Shown here piece by piece: positions 9,375 through 20,248 of a DNA stretch of 64,000 nt (positions are counted from its first letter, which is position 1; every line of letters starts with the position of its first letter). The stretch is from Dehalococcoidia bacterium (GTDB lineage Bacteria; Chloroflexota; Dehalococcoidia; SM23-28-2; RBG-16-64-32): assembly GCA_963665775.2 (NCBI GenBank), contig CAXXTF010000001.1, positions 448,001 through 512,000 on the forward strand. Direction: 5' to 3'. The notes beneath the pieces were generated by a model, which saw only the letters and a program-made list of their open reading frames with translations, was not told where the DNA came from and did not search any database. A program made the translations under genes and the position numbers.

Positions 9375-10607
9375 ATGAGAGCGGAGATCATCTCCATAGG
9401 CACGGAGATACTTCTAGGCGAGCTGCTGGACACCAACTCGAACTATCTTGCCCGCCGTTTGCCTGCCCTGGGCCTCGATCTCTACTTCATCAGCCAGGCC
9501 GGCGATAACCTCCAGCGTCTCAGCGACACGATCCGCCGCGCCCTCGATCGCTCGGACATCGTCCTCCTCAGCGGCGGCCTGGGCCCCACCGAGGACGATG
9601 GCACCCGTGAGGCGATCGCCGCCGCCCTGGGCGAGGAGATGTACGTGGACCCGGAGGCGGAACAGCGATTGCGCGCCTTCTCCGAGGCTCGCGGCGCGCC
9701 CTTCCCCGAGCGCGGCGTCAAACAGGCGAAGCTCATCGCCTCCGCGCGCGCCATCCCAAACCCCCGTGGCACGGCCCCCGGCTGGTGGGTGGAGAGGGAC
9801 AGGCACATCATCGTCGCCATGCCCGGTCCGCCCGCCGAGATGGAGAGCATGTGGGAGGAGGAGGTGGCGCCGGAGCTGGCCCGGCTGGCCCCGGCGGGCA
9901 TCATATTCTCCCGCACTCTCAAGACTATCGGCATCGGCGAGAGCCGGGTTGATGAGATGGTCAGCCCTCTTCTTAGCTCCGTCAACCCTACGGTCGGCGT
10001 CTACGCTAAGGTCGACGGCGTCCATCTGCGCCTGACGGCGAAGGCCGGGACAATGGAGACCGCCCGCGCCCTCATCGAACCGCTGGAGGCGGAAGCCCGC
10101 CGCATCCTGGGCGACGCCGTCTGGGGCGCCGACGACGATACGTTGGCGGGCGCCGTGGGCCGGATGCTGAAGGAGGGCGGCCTTACCCTGTCCACGCTGG
10201 AGTCCTGCACGGGGGGGCTCCTCGCCTCTACCGTGACCGATGTCGCCGGCAGCTCCGACTACTTCAGGGGCGGCTACGTGGCCTATACCGCCCGAATGAA
10301 GATTGGCCTCGGTCTCAGCGCTGAGTTGATCGAGCGCTACGGTGTGGTGAGCCCGGAAGTGGCCGCCGACATGGCCCGCGCCGCCCGCCAGAACGCGGCC
10401 GCCGACTACGGGATCGGCGTCACCGGTGTGGCCGGCCCCGATGAGCTGGAGGGGAAAGCCCCCGGCACCGTGCACGTCGCCGTCCACGACGGCCGCTCGC
10501 CACAGACGATGAGTTTCAGGCTGTACGTGGGCCGGCTGGCCACCAAACGCCGCGCCGTGACGACGGCGCTGCTCTTGCTGCGGCGGGTGTTGCTGGCACG
10601 GGGGTAG
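9375..10607 (+). CDS. cinA: Competence/damage-inducible protein A (MoCF-like domain + PncC NMN deamidase)
   Basis: IGTEILLG...DTNS, GGLGPTEDD, MPGPPAEM, ESCTGG, TGVAGP. Confidence 0.93.
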   Translation: MRAEIISIGTEILLGELLDTNSNYLARRLPALGLDLYFISQAGDNLQRLSDTIRRALDRSDIVLLSGGLGPTEDDGTREAIAAALGEEMYVDPEAEQRLRAFSEARGAPFPERGVKQAKLIASARAIPNPRGTAPGWWVERDRHIIVAMPGPPAEMESMWEEEVAPELARLAPAGIIFSRTLKTIGIGESRVDEMVSPLLSSVNPTVGVYAKVDGVHLRLTAKAGTMETARALIEPLEAEARRILGDAVWGADDDTLAGAVGRMLKEGGLTLSTLESCTGGLLASTVTDVAGSSDYFRGGYVAYTARMKIGLGLSAELIERYGVVSPEVAADMARAARQNAAADYGIGVTGVAGPDELEGKAPGTVHVAVHDGRSPQTMSFRLYVGRLATKRRAVTTALLLLRRVLLARG

Positions 10608-10627
10608 GCCGTACCGGCTCCATGGCT

Positions 10628-11113
10628 TTAGGCTTCAGCCCTCAGTTGCTCTCGCACCGCCCGCACCTGCTCCAGCTGTAACCGGGCGCTCTCGGCCATC
10701 AGCTCGGCGCGGCTGTGGACGGTGACCGGGCCGCTCTCCGGCCCGCTCTCCGGGTGGAGGCCGCCCCTCTGCCACTCCTCCTCGGACAGGCCCTCAAGCT
10801 GGTAGGCGAGGCCGCCCCAGAAGGCGCGGACGGCGGTTCGCACGCGCCCAGGATCATCGTCCTGGTAGTTGCGCTCCCGGGCCAGCGCCTCCGGGTCGTA
10901 GGGGTCCAGAGTGGGGTTCTCCTCTTCCAGCAGCCGCCGGATGCGCATCCCCTCGATCTGAGCCGCGTCCCGCAGGTGGCAGCAGACCGCCAGGATCGAC
11001 CACTCCTCCGGTGCGGGCCGCCGTCGCAGCTCATCGTCGCTGAGCCCCTCGCACAGGGCGTCCAGCCGGTCGGGCAGGGAGCGAATGGCGGCGATGACTT
11101 CCTTGCGGTCCAC
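10628..11113 (-). CDS. DinB family protein
   Basis: P-x-x-x-EWS-x-x-x-V-x-x-HLRD, YDPEALA, WQR-x-G-x-H; start at GTG 11113. Confidence 0.8.
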   Translation of the reverse strand: MDRKEVIAAIRSLPDRLDALCEGLSDDELRRRPAPEEWSILAVCCHLRDAAQIEGMRIRRLLEEENPTLDPYDPEALARERNYQDDDPGRVRTAVRAFWGGLAYQLEGLSEEEWQRGGLHPESGPESGPVTVHSRAELMAESARLQLEQVRAVREQLRAEA

Positions 11114-11196
11114 GGGGAGATTATACAGCCCCAAGTGAACGTGGATAGACAGAGAAGATTGAAACCGGTGATCATCCGTGTCGATCTGTGGCCGAA

Positions 11197-12066
11197 CTAG
11201 CGGCAGACGATCTCCGGATGCCGCCGCAGCCGAGCCTCGATCTGATCCCGGCTGGGGATCGCTGTCGTGCCCTCTCCCTCGACGACGAAGGAGGCGGCGC
11301 AGGCGGCGAACCGCGTCGCTTTCCACATGTCCTCCGTCTCCCACAGGTGGATCAGGAACGCCGCGGCGAAGATATCGCCGGCGCCGGTGGGGTCTACGGC
11401 CTCGTGGGGGAAGGCGTCGATGTGTCGCCAGGCGCTTCTCAAGCAGACGTCAGCACCACGGTTGCCTCGGGTCAAGACCGTCGTCTCCACACGGAGGCTC
11501 CACTGGTGGAGGGCGGCGGTCGTCTCCGCCGTCGGTATGTCCTCCTCGGAAACGAATAGGGCGTGGGCGGGTCCAAGGAGAGGCTCGGCCCGCCAGCGGG
11601 AGGCGGGCAGTGGCCGCATCAGCGTGTCGGCGCCAATCTCCCGCAGCCAGCCCTGAGCGCTGATGCCCAGGAGGGAGTCGGAGAAGCACCCGGCCAGCCC
11701 CGCGTCTACTTCTCCGGCCACCGGGCCGAGCAGCACGATCGGGGTCTGCCGCCAGCTGTCCGGCAGGTACTGGGCCGTGATGGCGGTGGCGCGCTGGGGG
11801 ACGTACTGTTGGCGTCGCTCGTCAGTGTAGACGTTGCGGATGCGGGTGGTGCGGGGGCTGGGTACCGTCTGGCACTCGACCTCGGGCAACAGGTTCTCCA
11901 GGTCGAGGTTGTCGGCGGCCGCGGTGAGGACAGCTGCCCGTAGGCCCAGGCGCCTGGCAAGTTGGGAGGCGTAGGCCGCCGTCCCTCCCAGCCGCCAGGC
12001 CTCGGGGTCGTTCGGCGAAATCAGGTCCTGGACGACGTGGCCGACGACCAGGAACTGGGGGGGCAT
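11197..12066 (-). CDS. PfkB family carbohydrate kinase
   Basis: GGTAAY N-terminal motif, DPTGAGDIFAAAF. Confidence 0.9.
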   Translation of the reverse strand: MPPQFLVVGHVVQDLISPNDPEAWRLGGTAAYASQLARRLGLRAAVLTAAADNLDLENLLPEVECQTVPSPRTTRIRNVYTDERRQQYVPQRATAITAQYLPDSWRQTPIVLLGPVAGEVDAGLAGCFSDSLLGISAQGWLREIGADTLMRPLPASRWRAEPLLGPAHALFVSEEDIPTAETTAALHQWSLRVETTVLTRGNRGADVCLRSAWRHIDAFPHEAVDPTGAGDIFAAAFLIHLWETEDMWKATRFAACAASFVVEGEGTTAIPSRDQIEARLRRHPEIVCR

Positions 12067-12806
12067 CAGCTATCTGGTTGCGGCGACTGGCGGGGCCGTA
12101 TCACGACCTTGCGGCCATCGCCGGCGCCGACCGATCCGGTGCTAACATCAGGATCTTCGGCCAGGATTAGGTGGACGATGCGGCGTTCGGCAGGCGGCAT
12201 GGGCTCCAGGGTGATGGCTCGGCCCGACTGGCGCACCTGGTCGGCCATGCGGCTGGCCAAGCCGTACAAGGACTCCTCCCGGCGGCGGTGATAGTGCTCG
12301 ACGTCGACGCTGACCAGCACATGGCTCTGGGACTGGTGGCTGACCATCAGGTTCACGATGTACTGAAGGGCGGAAAGGGTGGTGCCGCGATGCCCGATGA
12401 GGAGCCCCAGGTCATCACCCTCGACGTCCAGGACGGCGGTAGCGCGGCCCAGGCCGTCGCCTGGGGTCTCCGGCCTCCGCACCGAAACATCGGCCTCGAT
12501 CTCCGCCAGCTCCAACAGCTGCCTCAGATAGTCCGCCGCCCGCTCCACCTCGGGAGAACTGATGTCCCCCACCTCGATCTCGACCTCTGTGTCGGGAACC
12601 TCCTCGCTGGGAGCGGGGCGGCCCATCCCCTCCTCCAGGGCCGTGACGCGGATGCGGGCCTGCTCTCCGCGCAGGCCGAACAGCCCCGGCTTGCCGGCGG
12701 TGAGGACTTCGATGTTAACCTGGCTGCGCTTGAGCCCTAGCTCTTCCAGGGCGTTGTCGATCGCCTCATCGACGGTTCTTGCGCTTACCTCTACGCTTTC
12801 TTCCAT
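12066..12806 (-). CDS. jag: Jag/EloR (KhpB) RNA-binding protein (Jag_N, KH, R3H)
   Basis: TVDEAI, GLLIGHRGTTLSALQY, LEPMPPAERRIVH. Confidence 0.94.
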   Translation of the reverse strand: MEESVEVSARTVDEAIDNALEELGLKRSQVNIEVLTAGKPGLFGLRGEQARIRVTALEEGMGRPAPSEEVPDTEVEIEVGDISSPEVERAADYLRQLLELAEIEADVSVRRPETPGDGLGRATAVLDVEGDDLGLLIGHRGTTLSALQYIVNLMVSHQSQSHVLVSVDVEHYHRRREESLYGLASRMADQVRQSGRAITLEPMPPAERRIVHLILAEDPDVSTGSVGAGDGRKVVIRPRQSPQPDS

Positions 12807-13797
12807 AGGCACGCCTCGCTCTTTGTGGTTGGGCAGTGGTGAGGGCCGGCTCGCCGTCCTCCCCTTCCTCCCCTACCTCTTCGTCCGTGTTCGCTTGTGG
12901 CTCTGGGTGCGGTCGCCTGGCGGCTGGAGCTGGGGCCGGGGTCGGCATGGGATTGAGAAGCTGGCGCCAGCCCATGGCCTTTCGCCCGTAAACGTAGTAG
13001 CTGGCGAACAGGCTGAACACGTTGGAGACGACCCAGTATACGCCTACCCCGCTGGGCAAAGCCAGTGTAATCCAAACCATCATTATGGGCATCATCCAGG
13101 TCATCATCTGTTGCTGCTGCTGCTGTTGCGCGTTCATCGAGGGAGTCTGGCTGACCTTCGTCTGTACGTAAGTAGAGAGGCCGACCAGCAGGGGCAGGAT
13201 GTACGTCCCGTCCTTTTCACCCAGGTTCAGCCATAGGAAGCCCTGCTCCAGGGGCACGGACGCGGTCAGGAAAGACAAGGGGTAGAGCCGCCCCGAGAGG
13301 CCGATCAGGCTCTCCGGGCTGCCCCCAACCATGTTCGCCAGCGCCCGGTAGAGGGCGATGAACACCAGCATCTGAATGGCCATGGGCATAATGCACCCCA
13401 GAGGGTTGATGTGGTGCTCACGGTAGAGCTTGAGCATCTCCTCCTGGCGCCGCTTTGGGTCCTTGTATTTCTTCTGGACCTCCTGTATCCGCGGCTGGGC
13501 TGCCTGCATGGCGCGGGTGGACTGGAGCTGGCGGATGGTGAAGGGGAGGGTGACCAGCCGTAGGAGAAGGGTAAACAGGATGATGGCCAGGCCGAACTGC
13601 CCAAAGACGACGATGTTCAGGAGGATGAGGCCGTTGATCAGGGGGTTGATGAACCCGTTGTTCCAGGCGACGCCCGGGCCGAGGACGACGAAGGCCCCGA
13701 CGATGGTCAGGATGACCGCGATGAACAGTATATTGCTGACGTTCCTGGGACGGGGCAGGGAGGGAGTGGGAGCGGTGGTGGTGGGGCTCTGGCTCAC
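12766..13797 (-). CDS. yidC: Membrane protein insertase YidC
   Basis: FGLAIILFTLLLR, QP-x-I-x-E-x-QKKYK, NPLGCIMP, FLWLNL, LPSGVGVYW. Confidence 0.95.
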   Translation of the reverse strand: MSQSPTTTAPTPSLPRPRNVSNILFIAVILTIVGAFVVLGPGVAWNNGFINPLINGLILLNIVVFGQFGLAIILFTLLLRLVTLPFTIRQLQSTRAMQAAQPRIQEVQKKYKDPKRRQEEMLKLYREHHINPLGCIMPMAIQMLVFIALYRALANMVGGSPESLIGLSGRLYPLSFLTASVPLEQGFLWLNLGEKDGTYILPLLVGLSTYVQTKVSQTPSMNAQQQQQQQMMTWMMPIMMVWITLALPSGVGVYWVVSNVFSLFASYYVYGRKAMGWRQLLNPMPTPAPAPAARRPHPEPQANTDEEVGEEGEDGEPALTTAQPQRARRAYGRKRRGKRKNRR

Positions 13798-14936
13798 GGC
13801 CGCACCTCCACTGGCTCACTGAGTCCAGTGGCAGATTTAACCGTGAACAGGGCCCCACCCTGGGCCAATATGAGAACCTTAACGTCATCCAGGAACATCG
13901 GGTTGGCGAGGACGGTCGTGCTATCCTTGTTAATTCTCGTCCTAGAGGGCCCCCACTTACGGCTCCCCGATGTCGGGTCCAGCCCGTAGAGGTTCCCCTT
14001 TCGGTCCACCACGATCAACACGTCTCCAGCTAGGAGTGGAGAGGCCCGCACTCTCGCCTCGGTCTCAAAGGCCCACATCTCATTCCCCGCCAGGTCCAGG
14101 GCGTAGACGTGGCTGTCAAGGTTGGACACGTATATCGTGCCCTCAGCCACCAGGGGTTGACCCCAGAACCAGCTGCCGGCCTCGAACGACCACTTCACAG
14201 CGCCGGTTTCCGGGTCAAGAGCGTACAGGTGGCGGTCGATGCCGCCCACGAGCAGCGTGTCTTCATCGGCCAGCACCGGGTCGGTCAGCAGGCCGGCGTC
14301 GGCCTCGAAGGGCTCCTGCCAGAGGGTTTCGAGGGTGTGGGCGTCCAGCTTATAGAGCTTGCCGTTGACGGAGGGCACGTACAGCACGGAATCCGTCGCC
14401 AGGGGGGCGGCCCATATGCTGTCGCCCGTGTCGAAAGGGGGCAGCATTTCCCTGCCGGTGGCGGCGTCCAGGGCGTACAGCTTGCCGTCGTCGGAGCCGA
14501 CGAAGATGGTGCCGCCGGCCAGGGCCAGACCGCCGATGATCGGCCCGTCCGTCCGGAAGGTCCAGCTGATGGAGCCGTCCCCGGCGTTCAGGGCGTAGAC
14601 CTTGCCGTCGTAACCGGCGAAGTAGACGAACTCTCCGGTGACTATGGGGGCGTGGTATATCGCCTCCAGCTCCAGCTTTCCGTATGTCGCCTCCAGCCTT
14701 CGCTTCTCGTCCTCATCTTCCGGAGGGAAGATCCAGGTTGTTGAGTAGTCGTCATCAGCCGCGTCCAAGGCGGCCATCTTACCGTTGTCGATGCTGGCGA
14801 AAAGGGTGCCGTCCACCTGGCTTGGGGCCGCCCATCCCTCGGGGTCGGCCACATTCACGCAAGCGGCGGCGACAAGGAAGAGAGTAGCCAGCACCGCCAG
14901 CCCTGCCAGGGAGTGTCTATGTCCTTTGGAGTGGAT
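13794..14936 (-). CDS. PQQ-binding-like (BamB-like) beta-propeller lipoprotein
   Basis: Repeated YALD-x-x-TG-x-x-x-W blades; lipobox-like VAAAC; start proposed at ATC 14936 (nearest canonical start GTG 14894). Confidence 0.85.
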   Translation of the reverse strand: MHSKGHRHSLAGLAVLATLFLVAAACVNVADPEGWAAPSQVDGTLFASIDNGKMAALDAADDDYSTTWIFPPEDEDEKRRLEATYGKLELEAIYHAPIVTGEFVYFAGYDGKVYALNAGDGSISWTFRTDGPIIGGLALAGGTIFVGSDDGKLYALDAATGREMLPPFDTGDSIWAAPLATDSVLYVPSVNGKLYKLDAHTLETLWQEPFEADAGLLTDPVLADEDTLLVGGIDRHLYALDPETGAVKWSFEAGSWFWGQPLVAEGTIYVSNLDSHVYALDLAGNEMWAFETEARVRASPLLAGDVLIVVDRKGNLYGLDPTSGSRKWGPSRTRINKDSTTVLANPMFLDDVKVLILAQGGALFTVKSATGLSEPVEVRP

Positions 14937-14976
14937 CGGTCTTCCTCCTTGGGTAGCGCCACCGCTGGGAGAGATA

Positions 14977-15186
14977 TCAAGGGACAGGGTCGTGGCCGCC
15001 GTGGTTGAACGGGTTGCAGCGAATTAGCCGCCACACAGTGAGACCTAGCCCCCTCAGCATGCCGTGCCGCTCAATCGCCTCGTAGCCGTAGTGAGAGCAG
15101 GTGGGCTGGAAGCGACAGGCCGACGGTCGCGAGGGGGAGAGGCGCCGCTGATACTGCCGTATCAGGTTCAGTGCCAGCCGGGTCAA
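14977..15186 (-). CDS. yidD: Membrane protein insertion efficiency factor YidD
   Basis: IRQYQR-x-LSP...[15 protein letters not shown]...RCNPF-x-x-GG-x-DPVP; TTG start overlapping the rnpA stop. Confidence 0.93.
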   Translation of the reverse strand: MTRLALNLIRQYQRRLSPSRPSACRFQPTCSHYGYEAIERHGMLRGLGLTVWRLIRCNPFNHGGHDPVP

Positions 15187-15548
15187 GGGTGGGCTTTTCC
15201 TGGTGGCGCTTCTTGGCCCAGCATGCTGGCGCTGGCGAACAGTTCGGCTACCGCCTCCTTCAGCGCGTGGAAGTCTGACCGCGCGGCGGGCACCTTGGCC
15301 GAGATGACCACGTCCCAGCCCGCGCGCACGGGCAGAGAGCGCACGGCTTCCCGCAGGCGGCGGCGGACCCGGTTGCGCACGACGGCCCCGCCCAGACGCT
15401 TGCTGGTTATGAAGCCGTAGCGGTTGTGCTCCAGTTGGTTGGGCAAGTTTCTCAGCACCAGTAGTTGGTTGGTCCACGTACGTCTCCGCTGGAAAACGGC
15501 GTCGAACTCTCTTCGACGGCGCAGCCGTAGCTGTCTGCGCATGGCCAC
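15183..15548 (-). CDS. rnpA: Ribonuclease P protein component
   Basis: [31 protein letters not shown]. Confidence 0.95.
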   Translation of the reverse strand: MAMRRQLRLRRRREFDAVFQRRRTWTNQLLVLRNLPNQLEHNRYGFITSKRLGGAVVRNRVRRRLREAVRSLPVRAGWDVVISAKVPAARSDFHALKEAVAELFASASMLGQEAPPGKAHP

Positions 15549-15570
15549 TCAGATCCGGGGAGAGGCCCCC

Positions 15571-15708
15571 TCAGACAGCGAGCCGCCATCTGCCCTTGAG
15601 AATGCGACGCTTGAGGACTGCCTTGCCGTTACGGGTGCTATTTCGGGCCATGAAGCCATGGCGGCGCTTCCGGTGACGCCTTTTGGGCTGATAGGTCCGC
15701 TTGGGCAA
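15571..15708 (-). CDS. rpmH: 50S ribosomal protein L34 (not in the ORF track)
   Basis: Hand translation from TTG: [45 protein letters not shown], with a GGAGG SD. Confidence 0.95.
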   Translation of the reverse strand: MPKRTYQPKRRHRKRRHGFMARNSTRNGKAVLKRRILKGRWRLAV

Positions 15709-15763
15709 AGGGGTCCTCCACTCTCCCGACAAAACCGTGCCCCGTAAGGACGGGGCTTCGCAT

Positions 15764-15793
15764 ATTATAAGGCGGGCGTCTAAGCTTGGTCAA
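15764..15793 (-). promoter_or_regulatory. sigma70-type promoter of the rpmH operon
   Basis: TTGACC-18 nt-TATAAT. Confidence 0.65.
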
Positions 15794-15860
15794 CGCGATG
15801 GCGCCTGTAGTGGGAGCAAGGTCGGCGGGTTGCGGCCGGTCACTCCGGCCGTCTTTCACT

Positions 15861-17687
<1,827 letters not shown>

Positions 17688-17716
17688 CTATCCCGGCGAA
17701 GGGTGGCTCAAGGCTC

Positions 17717-18915
17717 ATGCGAAAGTTAGCCACGTTCTTCGCCCTCACCTTCGTCGCCCTTGTGGCCGCCTGCGGTGGCAACTCGGAAGAAATCACTTCT
17801 ACGCCGACGCCAACCGGCACCCCAACGCCGGGCGACAGCCCTACGCCAAGCGCCACCGCTATCCCAACTCCTGAGCCGACACCCAGTCCGACGCCCGAAC
17901 CAACACCCTCCCCCAACCCGACGCCAGGCCCAGGGCGAATTGTGTTTTGGCGCATGTTCTCGCGCTATGTTGGAGCAGAACGGGAGCTTTACATTATGAA
18001 CCCGGACGGGTCCGGCCTCACTCTTCTCACTGGTGGTGTCGTGGCTGACAGGGGATTTCCGTCCGAAGACACGGACGGAAATCCCCTGTCAGCCACGAAG
18101 GCAACGATGACATCTACATCTTGAACATCGATGACGGGCAGTTGATAAACCTCAGCAATAATCCAGCGCGGGATTGGGAGCCCACCTGGTCTCCGGACGG
18201 TACCCAGCTTGCGTTTGCCTCAGATCGCGATGGCGACTGGGAGATCTACGTGATAAACGTTGATGGCTCCGGCCAGACCAAGCTCACCGACAATCTTATC
18301 TCTGACAGAAATCCGGACTGGTCGCCTCATGACGCGAAGATCGCATTCTACAGGGCTACGCCCGAATCTAGCCCCGCAGATTTGGACGGTGATTTGTTCG
18401 TCATTAACTCCGACGGGACGGGAATCCAGCAGCTAACCGACAGCTCCGATGTGCAGGTACTGGGGGCCAAATGGTCCCCAGATGGCAGTCGTATCGCGAT
18501 CCAGGACTTGCGGGACATCTACGTCACGAATGGCGACGGGTCCGGTCTCACGAAACTGACTGACAGTCCCCGTCAGTCCATTTGGTTTTCCTGGTCCCCT
18601 GACAGCAGCAGGTTGGCTTTCCAAGAGGGCGAGGGCGATATTGACACCTACAACCTGGATATCTACATCATAAACGCCGATGGTTCGGGCCTTATGAGGC
18701 TCACCAGCGATCCTGGGCATGACGTGTTTGCAAAGTGGTCACCGGCTGGCACAGAGATCGCATTCGCTAGCCGCCCTCGAGAGAAGCCGGGAGAGAACGA
18801 TTCTCTACCCGCCGGTGATTTATGGGTTATCAACGTGGATGGCAGCAGTCTCACACGCCTCACAGACGATCATCCTGGGGCGGACTTAGCCATCGCTTGG
18901 GTTCCAGCACCGTAG
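17717..18915 (+). pseudogene. TolB-like PD40/WD40 beta-propeller lipoprotein, split by a frameshift near 18040-18100
   Basis: ORF1 has an LVAAC lipobox, a PT-rich linker and [11 protein letters not shown]; ORF2 has repeated WSPDG-x-x-IAF / IY-x-x-N-x-DGSG blades; the ORF2 frame reads [13 protein letters not shown] upstream of its annotated start. Confidence 0.75.
18039..18098. repeat. Perfect 27-bp inverted repeat with a 6-nt loop
   Basis: TCGTGGCTGACAGGGGATTTCCGTCCG-aagaca-CGGACGGAAATCCCCTGTCAGCCACGA. Confidence 0.95.
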
Positions 18916-18961
18916 GGCCTCGGCCCTCGTGCCTAGGCCCCCGACCGGCTATACTGGCCTC

Positions 18962-20248
18962 GTGAGTATAGCCCCGGAGATCAGCGAGCTGGACGGCGGC
19001 CTGCGGGTCGTGACTACCCCCATGCCCACGGCCCAGTCGGTTAGCGTCAACGTGTTCGTGGGGGCCGGCGCCCGCGGCGAGGAGGAGCGCACCCAGGGGC
19101 TGGCCCACTTCCTGGAGCACATGGTGTTCAAGGGGACGTCCAGGCGCCGTACCGCCATCGACATCGCGGAGGCGATCGAGGGGGCGGGCGGCGTCCTCAA
19201 CGCCTACACCGCCAAGGAGCTCACCTGCTACTGGAACCATGTCCCCTACGACCAGCTGGAGCTGGCCGTGGACGTGCTGGCCGACATGCTTCATAACTCC
19301 CTGCTCGACCCCGAGGAGATCGACCGCGAGCGCTCTGTCGTGCAGCAGGAGATCAAGCGGACGCAGGATCAGCCCGGCGCCTGGGTGGCGGAGTTGCTGG
19401 GCCGGGCGGTGTTCGGGGAGCAGCCGCTGGGCTGGCCCACTGCGGGGTCGGAGGAGACGGTAGCCGGTCTGGGACAGGACGACTTCCGGGCCTGGATGGA
19501 GAGCTGGTACGGCTCGCCGAACCTCGTCGTGAGCGTGGCCGGAAACACCTCGCACGAGGCGGTGGTGGCGTTGGCGGAGCGCCACTTCGCCAACAGCCAC
19601 CGACGGCCGGCGCCACCGATGCCTCGCCTGAACGGAGGCCTACCGGCGCGACGCGCTATCGCCGATGCGCGGCCCGTCAGCCAGGCGAACGTGGCGCTGG
19701 GGATGCCATCGCTGTCGCGCCTGGACCCGGATCGCTACGCCCTGATGGTGCTGAACACCGTTCTCGGTCGGGGGATGAGCTCGCGCCTGTTCAAGGAGGT
19801 GCGGGAACGGCGGGGATTGGCCTATTCGGTAGGCTCATCGATGTCGCGGCACTCGGACATTGGGATGTTCGCCGTATCGGCAGGCGTCTCTCCAGAGAAG
19901 CTGGAGGAGGCGGTGCGAGTGATCCTGGAGGAGCTGGAGAAGCTGGTACAGACGCCGGTCGGAGACGATGAGCTGACGAAGGCGCAGGACTACGCCGTGG
20001 GGAGCTTTCGGCTTAGCCTGGAGACGGCCATGGCCCTCGGTCAGCGGGCGGGCGAGAGCCTGTTGACGCTGGGCGAGATCGAGCCGGTCGAAACCGTCGT
20101 GGAGCGGCTGCGCGGGGTCAGCGCGGAGGACATCCTGCGGGTGGCGCGCCGGGTGCTGGTGCCGGAGAAGGTAGCGCTGGCGGTGGTAGGGCCGGAGGTG
20201 GAGGAAGGGTCGCTGCTTGAGCTGCTAGACGGGGCCAGCACGAACTAG
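18962..20248 (+). CDS. M16 family (pitrilysin-like) zinc peptidase
   Basis: GLAHFLEHMVFKGT (HxxEH), NAYT, SSRLFKEVRERRGLAYSV. Confidence 0.95.
   Translation: MSIAPEISELDGGLRVVTTPMPTAQSVSVNVFVGAGARGEEERTQGLAHFLEHMVFKGTSRRRTAIDIAEAIEGAGGVLNAYTAKELTCYWNHVPYDQLELAVDVLADMLHNSLLDPEEIDRERSVVQQEIKRTQDQPGAWVAELLGRAVFGEQPLGWPTAGSEETVAGLGQDDFRAWMESWYGSPNLVVSVAGNTSHEAVVALAERHFANSHRRPAPPMPRLNGGLPARRAIADARPVSQANVALGMPSLSRLDPDRYALMVLNTVLGRGMSSRLFKEVRERRGLAYSVGSSMSRHSDIGMFAVSAGVSPEKLEEAVRVILEELEKLVQTPVGDDELTKAQDYAVGSFRLSLETAMALGQRAGESLLTLGEIEPVETVVERLRGVSAEDILRVARRVLVPEKVALAVVGPEVEEGSLLELLDGASTN

Noticed and set aside
15709-15860. oriC next to rpmH
   Set aside because: No dnaA, DnaA boxes or AT-rich unwinding element
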